In this document: one piece after another, positions 53,290-64,000 of the stretch | How the letters are laid out: each line of letters begins with the position of its first letter | Numbering within the stretch: position 1 is the first letter of the stretch | DNA from: Macrostomum lignano | Lineage: Eukaryota | Direction of reading: 5' to 3' | Length of the DNA stretch: 64,000 bases | Assembly (NCBI GenBank): GCA_002269645.1 | Contig: NIVC01000106.1 | Location: 744,001-808,000, forward strand | Made by a program: the position numbers and the translations under genes | The notes under the pieces: generated by a model | What the model was told of the DNA's origin: nothing | Database searches by the model: none | Seen by the model: the letters and a program-made list of their open reading frames with translations, nothing else

Positions 53290-53852
53290 TCCTGTATTTC
53301 AATTAAATTTCTAGCGCACATAAATTATGTTTTTCCGCAGCTCACTTCACGTTATCAGCATAATCTATTTATTGTACACCGTTGCTATTAATCGATATTA
53401 TAGATCTCACCTATTGGTTGGCTACGAGTAATTATTTAATTATAATTACCTTCATTAGAAAGGTTAGATCAAAAGATCAAAATCAAAATCCTTTTTCAGC
53501 TGCACTCTTAGCAAAGGTAGATCTTTGTACTTTAGCTTTATTGTGACAATAATTTCTCCACGCATGCAGTTCTCGCTACTATCTATACTATTGCTTAGAT
53601 TAATGCTTCGCGCCACTAAAATTTTATCAAGGTGCCACTTTTGAGGATTAAATCTGCATGTTTTATTACGATTTTTATTAATATCGCTGCGCCTCATATC
53701 CATATCTCATGGTGAATACGGCGTACAGAAGCACTTTTAGCTAGTCAGCATTCTAGAACCGTCTGATGTACTCTTAGTAATTCAGTAAAAGAAGTTGTTC
53801 GATCATGTCTTTTGTATTTACTTCAACTTCCCTACCGAAGAAGGTTGCTAAC

Positions 53853-54492
53853 CAGTGGCGTAGCCAGGGGGGGGGGGGGGGCCGGGGAGCCGCCCCCCCC
53901 CCCAATCGTCTGGGGGTGGGGTTGGGCGCGGCGGATACCAAAAACCAGGAGGCAATTGAGTGCCTGCGGCGCTAAAATGAGTGCCTGCGGCGCTAAAATG
54001 AGTGCCTGCGGCGCCAAAATGAGTGCCTGCGGCGCTAAAATGAGTGCCTGCGGCGCTAAAATGAGTGCCTGCGGCGCCAAAATGAGTGCCTGCGACGCTA
54101 AAATGAGTGCCTGTGGCGCCAAAATGAGTGCCTGAGGCGCCAAAATGAGTGCCCGCGGCGCCAAAATGAGTGCCTGCGGCGCCAAAATAAGTGCCTGCGG
54201 CGCTAAAATGAGTGCCTGCGGCGCTAAAATGAGTGCCTGCGGCGCCAAAATGAGTGCCTGCGGCGCTAAAATGAGTGCCTGCGGCGCCAAAATGAGTGCC
54301 TGCGGCGCCAAAATGAGTGCCTGAGGCGCCAAAATGAGTGCCCGCGGCGCCAAAATGAGTGCCTGCGGCGCCAAAATGAGTGCCTGCGGCGCCAAAATGA
54401 GTGCCTGCGGCGCCAAAAGTGGCAATGGCATAAGGCATGGCCAGCCAGGCCAACCCGCCCCCCCCCGATTGAAATTTCTGGCTACGCCACTG
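53853..54492. mobile_element. hAT-like MITE with 15-bp TIRs and an internal 21-bp minisatellite
   Basis: CAGTGGCGTAGCCAG (53853-67) and CTGGCTACGCCACTG (54478-92). The 8-bp flanks TTGCTAAC / TTGCTGTG match at 5 of 8. The interior is (GAGTGCCTGCGGCGC(C/T)AAAAT)n. Confidence 0.7.
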
Positions 54493-56461
54493 TTGCTGTG
54501 TCACGTACAAGCGTATTATAATAATTATTTTAATTATAAGCGCCGCCATCGTTCGTAGTCGAAATGTGCTCGGGACTAAACTTGACAAGTGTACTTTTGC
54601 ATACGCACAAAACTGAAGTTTTACTTTAGCAGTCCTGGCCAAGCAATTTAATAGAATAAAATCAATAAGTTCTTTGAATTTAACAAATATATAAAATCGG
54701 GGTATTTTAACTCGTTAAAAATCTTTAATTTGAAGCATTCTTCCATTTTTATTATTCTATAGATAAATCTATAATCAAACCTAAAATTTACCTACAGCTT
54801 ATTGTGTATACGTAACACTATAATTTGTTAGAGTGCACTTGTAATATGAATAAGTTTGTTATAACAGGTTAGCTATTGCATAGACTTTCTGATTCCGGCA
54901 TCAATATACTCGTATTGTACTTCAGTCATATTGTCGCGTTAACTCCAAGTGTCTAGTTTTGTTTTACTTAAGCAATGTCTCTGCTTAATTTAATTTTTAT
55001 TTGACGGGGTTGTAACTTAATTAAGAAGCCTGAATTGGTTTTAATTTGCTTTGAATTAACCATCTTGGTGCTAAATGTATGCGTGACAAGGTAAAAATAT
55101 GTCTAGCTATTGTTGTTTGGTTTCCATTTTTTTCAATAATACGCTTTGCTACTTTATGCTTACTGTTTCAACTACTGTGACTCAAATAGAATTTTAGACG
55201 AAGTAGAAGAATAATATTTTTAACACAGTCAAATTCAAGCATAATCTTATATACTATTATATTCCAATATTCCATTTTTACTAAATCCATTTTTGTCCTG
55301 GTCATATTTTTACTTGGCTTATCCAAATTAAAGCTGCTAATATAGTCGATAACATGCATGTACGAGATAAAATGTCATAAACCTGTTTAATGTTTTCTGA
55401 AGTCTCTATAATTACTATAATTTTGTTTGTTACCTCACTACTATAGCTGTCGGTACGTGTAATACGGCTAGACGATATTAAAGCATGTTATTTTTGCTAT
55501 AGGTTTATTTGCCGTTCTAGACTTCCAGATGTACTGGGAGTGATGTACTAGATCGTGCATACACTCGTCTGAAAGTGCATAGGTAAACATAAGTGTGCTC
55601 AAAACACCGCGATTTTAAGTGTGAATGCCCGCCCTTCAGCAATCTGCTTTCGGTCGATAATTATTTTGCTTTGTTAATATCGATATTACTATATTTACAC
55701 TGTTAAATTATACTTAAAATTATAAGCAATCAAAATTGTATTATTGTTGCTATAATTTGTCTGAGACTACCATTAGACATTTATTTCTTTTACTACTAAT
55801 AGTAAATAAGTGAAGTCGTGGATAAGTAGGAACGATGTTAATGGAATTATATTGGCGAACTGTAACGAAAACAAACAGGAAAGGTTTTAACAACTCGAAC
55901 TAATGGGAATTTCAAAAAAATAGCGATTGAACTTTGAGTAGGGAACTTTGAGCAGTAACTAACGAAAATTAGAGAAAGTTATGAACTACAGAAAATGTGA
56001 TCTAATGAAAAACTTCAATGTGACAGTAGGGTTTGTGCGGGTCGAAGTTACAGTATTTTGTTATAAATTCATTTTAAACAAAAAAATAGATTAGTAAGTT
56101 ACAAATCCACTCTAGCGACTTAGGCACTCGGCATGGTTAGTCACCATCCTCTCTGCTTATTGACCCTTCCTGAAAGATCAAAACAACACGACTATCTACG
56201 ACTCTTTAAGTTCCCAATAGCTATATGCTGTCCGGCAAAATTTTCAAAACGATTCCAATCTATATGCAATTCAACCAGGTGAAGGCAGGACATATAGGCC
56301 TCTAAAAAATGGCTTGCTTTATCGATCAACTCAGGCTTGTCGCAAAATGATTTTTTTAGAAAGAGACGAGAAAGGGTTATATAGCAGTTGTTCAACTGTT
56401 TAGTGTCATTAAACAAGCGGTCCGAGCCTCGAACAGAGTCAAAGCTGAGCCTGACAAACAA

Positions 56462-59400
56462 TCAAGCAGCCAAATCCGGCCCCGACGCCGACGACCGCAA
56501 CGGCTGCAGCAGCTCGCCAGTCAGCCGCAGACTGTCCGCCGACGTCAACTGATTGCAGGCTAACGGTCGAGCATTGTTAGCAAAGAAGATGCTGGGCGGA
56601 GTTTCGCCACCAGAGGAGAAGCAGGGACAGGAACTGGTGCCGTCCACTAGGGTCAGGAAGTAGCGCCGTCGGGTGCAGTCCGACTCGGCCAGCTGCTCGC
56701 CGATGGTGAAAAATTCGACACCGTTGTAGAAACTGAATCGAGACTGTCGCAGCTGCTCGACACTGAATGGCTCAGAAGCGTCCAGGTACATCGGCTGCGG
56801 GTGTTTATTATTTTCATTCTCATAGGGACTTTTCCTTTGTAAGTTGATCAGGTAACATGAATTAAACAAACTGCACTGTTTAATTATTTTCATTAAAGTT
56901 TTGAGGTTTCGGATATGTTTAGGAAAAACAGGTTGGTCGCTAGATTGGTAGATTTCAATACCGTACGAGGTGTGTTAAAAAAGTAACGAGAGTTTTGTTA
57001 AACTTTTGACTGAATAAACTTATAAAATTTACAACAAACAACTTTTTTATCCTTATCCAACTGCAAGAAACTGTGTTATTATAATAAAAGTCAATACTCG
57101 TATGAATCAGGAAGAACTCCTACCTGAAACCACTCCCATCCCATTGGCACGAAAGCGCCCTCGGTGTTGTTCGCGGCACTCTTGGAAAATGGTCCTTTGA
57201 AGCGCAGAGCGGCCAAAACTCGACCATTTGCGTCGAACAGCTCCAGCTTGATTGCTCGGTAGCTGTCGAGTTTAAGACCGGATAGCAGCGAGCTCTTGTA
57301 GTGCCTGGCCAGCTGGCTCAGATCGTCCACGTCGGCTAGCAGAGCGGCTGGCGTGAACCGGCTGGTGAGCAGCAGCGAGTGTAGATAGCCCGCCCCCGCT
57401 TTGACAAACAGCAGCACTTCCGTTAGCTGCTCGTCCCCGGTTGTTCCGTGTGTTGGCTGCGGTCGGTCTGCCGGTAGACGACTCGTGGTGAGGCGCAACT
57501 CGAACACTTGCTCGGACAGGGTGCCGCCGAACGGGCTCGGGGACACGTACACCTGGGGGAAAGTTACGGCCTCCGGGTAGCAACGATGCGGCGCTGTCAA
57601 GACTATGAAAACACCGACGAGATCGGAGCAACTGCCGGTAGCGCGGTAGCGTTCGAGGCTGCCAAAAACCAGCAGAAACTCCGATCCAACCTGCGGTCGG
57701 AACTGATCTAAACTGGCGCGGTAGATGGAGTTCACATAGGAGGTCACCCAAGGAAAAGCGTCCGTGACGCGAGATCGCGCGAACACACTGCTGAGTTCTG
57801 ACCGGCTGGTGTCCATGGTCAAGTGACCAATCTCGGCTCCCTTCGAGTCTAGAAACTGCCAAGTAATGCTTCTAAAGTAGCCGATATTGTGCAGTTTGTG
57901 CAAGAACTCGCTTTTATACACGGATTTGGTTGAGTCTAGACCTTCGAAAGCCGGAGTCTTGCTGAAACTAGAGTCCTCGCGGCTGAACAGCGATTCGAAT
58001 TCGGCTCCCGAACCGCAGCGAATGGCAAACAGGACTGTTCTACCGTAGCGCAGGTGCGACTGGCATTGAGCCAGCTTGTTGGACATCTCATTCAGGTGAA
58101 CGCTGCCTCCGTGCTTCACTGAAGCGAGTATAGTGCTCTCCTGCGTGAGGCTGGTCAGCTGATTCTGCCGGCTGACGTAGACGGCCTCCTGTCGGGAGAG
58201 TCGACTGCTCAGCTGAGCAGAAATATTCGCAAATCTGGATATCGACTCGGTCACGCTTCGAAGTTCGTTGCGATAGGCGGCGATGCGTGCCTCCAGAGCT
58301 GCCAGACTGTCTTCCTGTGCTTTGCGCACCGATGCTTTGCTATCGAGACGGGTCTGTTTGAATTCGTAAGTTGAAATTGAAATAAAACTAAAATACTATG
58401 AGAGCATTTTTCTTACAGATGTTTGAAAACCTGAATTTCCTGCGAGTTCTGCGTAGATAAGACTACATATAAAGCACAAGATGAAATCAGGAACACGAGT
58501 TTTAATTAGCTACTTATTAAGTAGTTACTAATGCAGTTTTACTCAAAGATTGCAGAACCTAGAATACATTTGATTAAAGACTACTTTTGAAACCAGAGCT
58601 GTTTCTAGCGGACTTCCCTCTAGAATAAGCTTTATTGAGGAGTTTCATAAATCATCTTGTTCGAGTAAAATTGTGAATGACAAAGATGTTTGCTATGAAT
58701 CTGTTTTTTTATCTAAAAGTAACAAAAGCGCACAACAAAATAAAGTTTTCACAAAGATAGCAGACACTCCCCCTAAAATAGCAAGCATCCCCCAGATAGC
58801 AAGCATCCCCCAGACAGCAACACATCCCCCAGGTAGCAAGCATCCCCCAGATAGCAAGCATCCCCCAGATAGCAAGCATCCCCCAGACAGCAACACATCC
58901 CCCAGGTAGCAAGCATCCCCAGATAGCAAGCACCCCCCAGATAGCAAGCATCCCTAAATAGCAAGCATCCCCCAGATAGCAAGCATCCCCCAGATAGCAA
59001 GCATCCCTAAATAGCAAGCATCCCCCAGATAGCAAGCATCCCCCAGATAGCAAGCATCCCTAAATAGCAAGCATCCCCTTCCTCCGAGAGCACGCAACCC
59101 CAGAAAAGCGTTCGAAAAATCGCACCTGGAAGTCGGCCTTCAAGCGTTCCTCCTCCACGCCTAGCCCAGCCAGTTTAGTCTTCTCCGTAGCCAGCGACTG
59201 GCTCTGATCGAACGTCTCTCTCTGGAGCTTCGCCAGTCTGGTCATCATCTCCCCGGCGTAGGCTTCGATGCTCGCTCCAGCGAAGCCGCTGCCGTTCGTT
59301 TCAGTACGGATGCTGTCCCTCAGAGTGACGATGCGTCGCAGCAGACCATTGTCCTTCGCGTTGCAGGTGTGTTCAATGTCAGCTTCCAGGCCAGCTACAG

Positions 59401-60289
59401 ATTGCTTGACACTTCGGGCGTAGTCTAACAGCGAACTCTCCTGTTTGTGATAGGAGGCGAAGTTGCCAATCAAGTAGTTGACGTACTGCACTAGGGTAGC
59501 GATCACTTTGTTCGCACCAGCCTCTTGCTGTTCGTAGTTGTAACAGGCGGCTGTGCAGCGCATGTTGAGAAGGCTGTATAGCGTTGACTGATAGTCCGGA
59601 TAGGCAGTTGGGTCAAACACCAGCCCAGCGTCGCTTGCTATTTTCTGCAGCACATTGTCGTTCGATTTTTGCAAGCCCAGCGCAATCGCAGCTGTCACTC
59701 GACGGTGCAACTGAGCCAGAAGGTCGAGCAAGTACACGCCAAAGCTACCCGAGTGCATCCCGTCCGTCAAGAAGATGACTATGCGTTTGCGCGTTTCCGC
59801 TGAGGCCGTTTCGTTTCCCGACACAGCCAGATCGGCTTGTCTTCGGCTCAGCTCCGCGATGCAGCCCTCAACAGCGGCGTCGATAGCCGTGTAGCCACCA
59901 TCGTACGTGAGGCGAGAGACGGCCCCAAGGAGGTCCAGCTTGCTGGAATACTTGCCAATGGGTATGGTCTGGGTCACATGAGAGCTGAACACTAGCACAC
60001 CAACTTGAATGAAATTTTCGCCAATTTCCAGTCGACTTATAGTGTCAAATACGACGCTCTTAACAACCAGGTGGAAGTCGTTTAGGCTGACAGATTCCGA
60101 GCCATCGATGGCGAATAGCAAGTCGGCGCGAGCGTTAGACGAGCAGGCTTTGCTATCGACGTCGTGAAGCCACTTCTCCAGCGGCATGTACTTTGCCGCG
60201 GTTTCGTCGTAAACAACAGGGCCGGACGTGTCCACGGCACTGGCGGGAACTAGGAGACCAACGGCCAGACAGAGAAGCCACAGACGCAT
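56462..60289 (-). CDS. Secreted vWA + coiled-coil + duplicated uncharacterised domain protein: join(60289-59126, 58353-57124, 56794-56462), ~908 aa
   Basis: Signal peptide MRLWLLCLAVGLLVPASA; vWA with MIDAS DGSES...T...TDG; all junctions phase 0 with GT-AG. Confidence 0.85.
58760..59080. repeat. 18-bp intronic minisatellite AGCAAGCATCCCCCAGAT
   Basis: Visible array in intron 1 of the vWA gene. Confidence 0.93.
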
Positions 60290-61213
60290 AATGTTCTCTC
60301 AGCCTTAATTGAATTGATGTTTTAAGCAGCCAACAATTGTAAGTGTGAAACGTTTATCAAGAATTGGTTTGGTTTGTTTCAGCTACCGACTCCAAACTGA
60401 TTCAAACTTTATCGCTGTGTTGACAAAGCAACTTGTACAGAGCGAAAGCTTATCACCCCGAAAGCCAATCAGTGCGCAGTAAGTTGAAATTGATGCCAAT
60501 ATAGCTATCAGATAGTTTCAATAAATCAATTCAAAGGCTTTGATCCAAGGTAGTGCGGCCCCGAAAGTACGTGTTCTACTGTACACTGATGAGTCATACC
60601 AACTCCTGCCCAGACAACTGATTTAACAACCCCCCCCCCTACGTCTCGTAACCAGCAGCCGCCCCTAGCCAACCAACAACCTAGCAGCCAGTGAGGCTCT
60701 TTGCGTCGCTTATCATTTCCAATAATTTCTAATAAATGTGTGTTGCATTGTGTACTTTTTCGCATTTCATATACATAGTGTTTCATAAAACATCCACTTC
60801 GATCTTAGCTCATAGTAAAATCTAGCTATATGAAATTGAGCTGAAAAACAACAAGTAGGTAGGGCGTCCTCTATCAATAAAAGCAAGTGACAATAACTTG
60901 AACAAGATTAAACTTGGTGCCGTATGCTTAAAAATCAAGTAAAAAGGTCTTATTTTACTTCATGATAGTATCGGTCTCGAATCTCGACTTGAATGAATGT
61001 CTTAAATAGTTTTTTATTGAGATCAAAATTTATTCTTTGTGGTTTCACATTCTTCGGTTGCTACTGGAGAGTAAACCAGTGTGTTTTAATGGACTCGGGG
61101 CTGAGATCTCTGATTTTGAGATGGAACCTTACATGTTAACCGTGTTTATAAACTGTAGAGAGATGTAATTCAGTCATCTTTCACTATTGAACTCTTTAGC
61201 CAGTGACAGAAAA

Positions 61214-63213
61214 TCAGCCAAGCTTGACAAGCTTCCAAAACCTAGCGCCATCCTGGTTCATGACGCCGCCAAACAAGCTCTCCGGAATGCTATCGGACTG
61301 AAAAAGCCAACAGTTTCCATTCGGTAGCAACTTTGAGTACAGCACAGATCGACAGGTGCGCTGGCTCAGGCACAGATGACCACATTCAATATCGGAGCCG
61401 ACCGACAAAGGCTGATTAGCCAAAGTCGAAGCAGATGGGCTTGGCAGCGAGAGCGTCATGACAGATCGAGCCGGGGAAGAAAAATCCATACGGTCTGGAG
61501 TTACTGCAGAAGAGAGAGTTTACGTTATCGAATGTATTCAATACATTTGGAAGTTGCAGATACTCGATAGCATGCATGTACCTCCTATGATGTCGATTTC
61601 GCAGAAATGCAGCGACCAAAGTCCTGAAGACAAATCGTTGGTATTCTTGTACACAGCCAGATACCGGCCGGGCGTGATCCTCGAGCAGGTGAAGTTGATC
61701 GGGTTGTCAGTGGACTTGGGCTCGCCAGTCCAGCGCATACAGAGCTGAAAAAAGCCGATATCAAATTCGGACCACACAGAAGCGTTGTTCGATATTCCTG
61801 CAAAATTTATTCAACTTTAGTCAGAGAAATAAATGTTAATTCAGAATTCGACTGGGTAATCAGTGTGACCAGTGTTATCCAGTGTGACCAGTGTTATCCA
61901 GTGTGACCAGTGTTATCCAGTGTGACCAGTGTTATCCAGTGTGACCAGTGTTATCCAGTGTGACCAGTGTTATCCAGTGTGACCAGTGTTATCCAGTGTG
62001 ACCAGTGTTATCCAGTGTGACCAGTGTTATTCAGTGTGACCAGTGTTATCCAGTGTGACCAGTGTTATCCAGTGTGACCAGTGTTATCCAGTGTGACCAG
62101 TGTTATCCAGTGTGACCAGTGTTATCCAGTGTGACCAGTGTTATCCAGTGTGACCAGTGTTATCCAGTGTGACCAGTGTTATCCAGTGTGACCAGTGTTA
62201 TCCAGTGTGACCAGTGTTATCCAGTGTGACCAGTGTTATCCAGTGTGACCAGTGTTATCCAGTGTGACCAGTGTTATCCAGTGTGACCAGTGTTATCCAG
62301 TGTGACCAGTGTTATCCAGTGTGACCAGTGTTATCCAGTGTGACCAGTGTTATCCAGTGTGAGCAGTGTTATCCAGTGTGACCAGGGTGATTCAGCGTGA
62401 CCAGGGTGACTCAGTGTGACCAGGGTGATTCAGTGTGACCAAGCTGATTTAGTGTGACCAGAGTGATTCAGTGTGACCAGGATTATTCAGTGTGACCAGG
62501 GTGATTCAGTGTGATCAGAGTGATCCAGTGTTACCAGGGTGATTCAGTGTGACCAGGGTGATTCAGTGTGACCATGATTATTCAGTGTGACCAGGGTGAT
62601 CCAGTGTGACCAGGGTGATTCAGTGTGACCAAGCTGATTTAGTGTGACCAGAGTGATTCAGCGTGACCAGGGTGACTCAGTATGACCAGAGTGATTCAGT
62701 GTGACCAGAGTGATTCAGCGTGACCAAGCTGATTTAGTGTGACCAGAGTGATTCAGCGTGACCAGGGTGACTCAGTATGACCAGGGTGACTCAGTATGAC
62801 CAGAGTGATTCAGTGTGACCAGGGTGACTCAGTATGACCAGAGTGATTCAGTGTGACCAGAGTGATTCAGTGTGACCAGGGTGATTCAATATGACCAGGG
62901 TGATTCAATATGACCAGTGTGCTTCACATTCAGTTGATTACACCAATCTCACCTATGCTCACTTGAGTAAACTTCTCCGAACCGTAGTCGATTCGATTCC
63001 AGACTCTGGCACCGACAACCATAAATTCGTCCTTCATGTCAACCAGCCACCAGGGTCCCCGATCACTATTAGACGATTCGACGCATCTTTCTCCATATTT
63101 TATCACGCCATCGCGATTGCCATCGTTTCCAAAGATTGGCAAATTTTTAGCGTCAATTGTTGAAGACATTTTGGCCGACAGGTTTTTTGGGACAATGAAT
63201 TGTTCCGCTCGTC
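61214..63213 (-). CDS. Fucolectin/F5-8-type lectin domain + PAN/apple domain protein, 5'-truncated: join(63213-62953, 61797-61582, 61503-61214)
   Basis: SST...NDGN...C...PWWLVDM...VWNR...C...GRYLAV...LHFCEIDI (F-type lectin fold), then CGHLCLSQRTCRSVLY...GNCWL (PAN). Phase-1 GT-AG junctions fit; the upstream exon was not found in the window. Confidence 0.8.
61860..62915. repeat. 19-bp intronic minisatellite CAGTGTGACCAGTGTTATC, diverging distally
   Basis: Visible array filling the intron. Confidence 0.95.
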
Positions 63214-63299
63214 CTAAAAATTAGGGCATTGTTTTAGATATTTTATTCAGTGTGACTTGGCGTGTGTAATTGTATCTTAGTGTGTCTCGTTATCTCTGT

Positions 63300-64000
63300 T
63301 TGTCTTCATGTGTCTGGTGTATCTGTTTGTCTTCGGTTGTCTCGGTGTGTCTGTTTGTCTTCGTGTGTCTCGGTGTGTCTGTTTGTCTTCGTGTGTCTGA
63401 TGTGTCTGTTTGTCTTCGTGTGTCTCGGTGTGTCTGTTTCTCTTCGTGTGTCTGATGTGTCTGTTTGTCTTCGTGTGTCTCGGTGTGTCTGTTTCTCTTC
63501 GTGTGTCTGATGTGTCTGTTTGTCTTCGTGTGTCTCGGTGTGCCTGTTTGTCTTCGTGTGCCTGATGTGTCTGTTTGTCTTCGTGTGTCTCGGTGTGTCT
63601 GTTTATCTTCGTGTGTCTCGGTGTGCCTGTTTGTCTTCGTGTGCCTGATGTGTCTGTTTGTCTTCGTGTGTCTCGGTGTGTCTGTTTATCTTCGTGTGTC
63701 TCGGTGTGTCTGTTTGTCTTCGTGTGTCTGATGTGTCTGTTTTTCCTCGTGTGTCTCGGTGTGTCTGTTTATCTTCGCGTGTCTGATGTGTCTGTTTGTC
63801 TTCGTGTGTCTCGGTGTGTCTGTTTTTCCTCGTGTGTCTCGGTGTGTCTGTGTGTCTTCGTGTGTCTCGGTGTGTCTGTTTGTCTTCGTGTGTCTGATGT
63901 GTCTGTTTTTCCTCGTGTGTCTCGGTGTGTCTGTTTATCTTCGCGTGTCTGATGTGTCTGTTTGTCTTCGTGTGTCTCGGTGTGTATGTTTATCTTCGTG
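63300..64000. repeat. 26-bp minisatellite GTGTCTGTTTGTCTTCGTGTGTCTCG, runs off the window
   Basis: Visible array. Confidence 0.93.

Overview
Eukaryotic (invertebrate-type) genomic DNA with GT-AG introns. Most introns are filled with distinct minisatellites, so the majority of long ORFs in the supplied track are repeat artefacts. Four real components were found. (1) A + strand RIM/unc-10-like presynaptic active-zone gene: 16 phase-compatible coding exons (14496-53289, about 1400 aa) encoding zinc finger, PDZ, C2A, RQLPQLP motif and C2B, plus a candidate 30-nt microexon. (2) Inside its intron 24229-39789, a complete ~14.85-kb endogenous Polinton/Maverick-type virus (adintovirus-like, 24703-39551). 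It has identical 274-bp TIRs and encodes integrase, protein-primed PolB, adenain protease, packaging ATPase, major and minor capsid proteins, parvovirus-type PLA2, core/membrane-protein candidates and a spliced RING-finger gene. It also carries several unexplained non-coding structures: a 128-nt hairpin, a codon-conserved inverted repeat bracketing the RING gene, a 21-bp array and a 145-bp flanking duplication. The frameshifts I traced are single-base losses in homopolymer runs, so the real element may be intact. (3) A - strand 3-exon gene for a secreted vWA / coiled-coil / duplicated-unknown-domain protein (56462-60289). (4) A 5'-truncated - strand fucolectin-type + PAN/apple gene (61214-63213). 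SINE, MITE and Helitron-like remnants are also present. The minisatellite-stuffed introns with GC-rich exons remind me of a free-living flatworm such as Macrostomum; that is inference only. All protein family calls are motif recognition from memory, as no searches were run.
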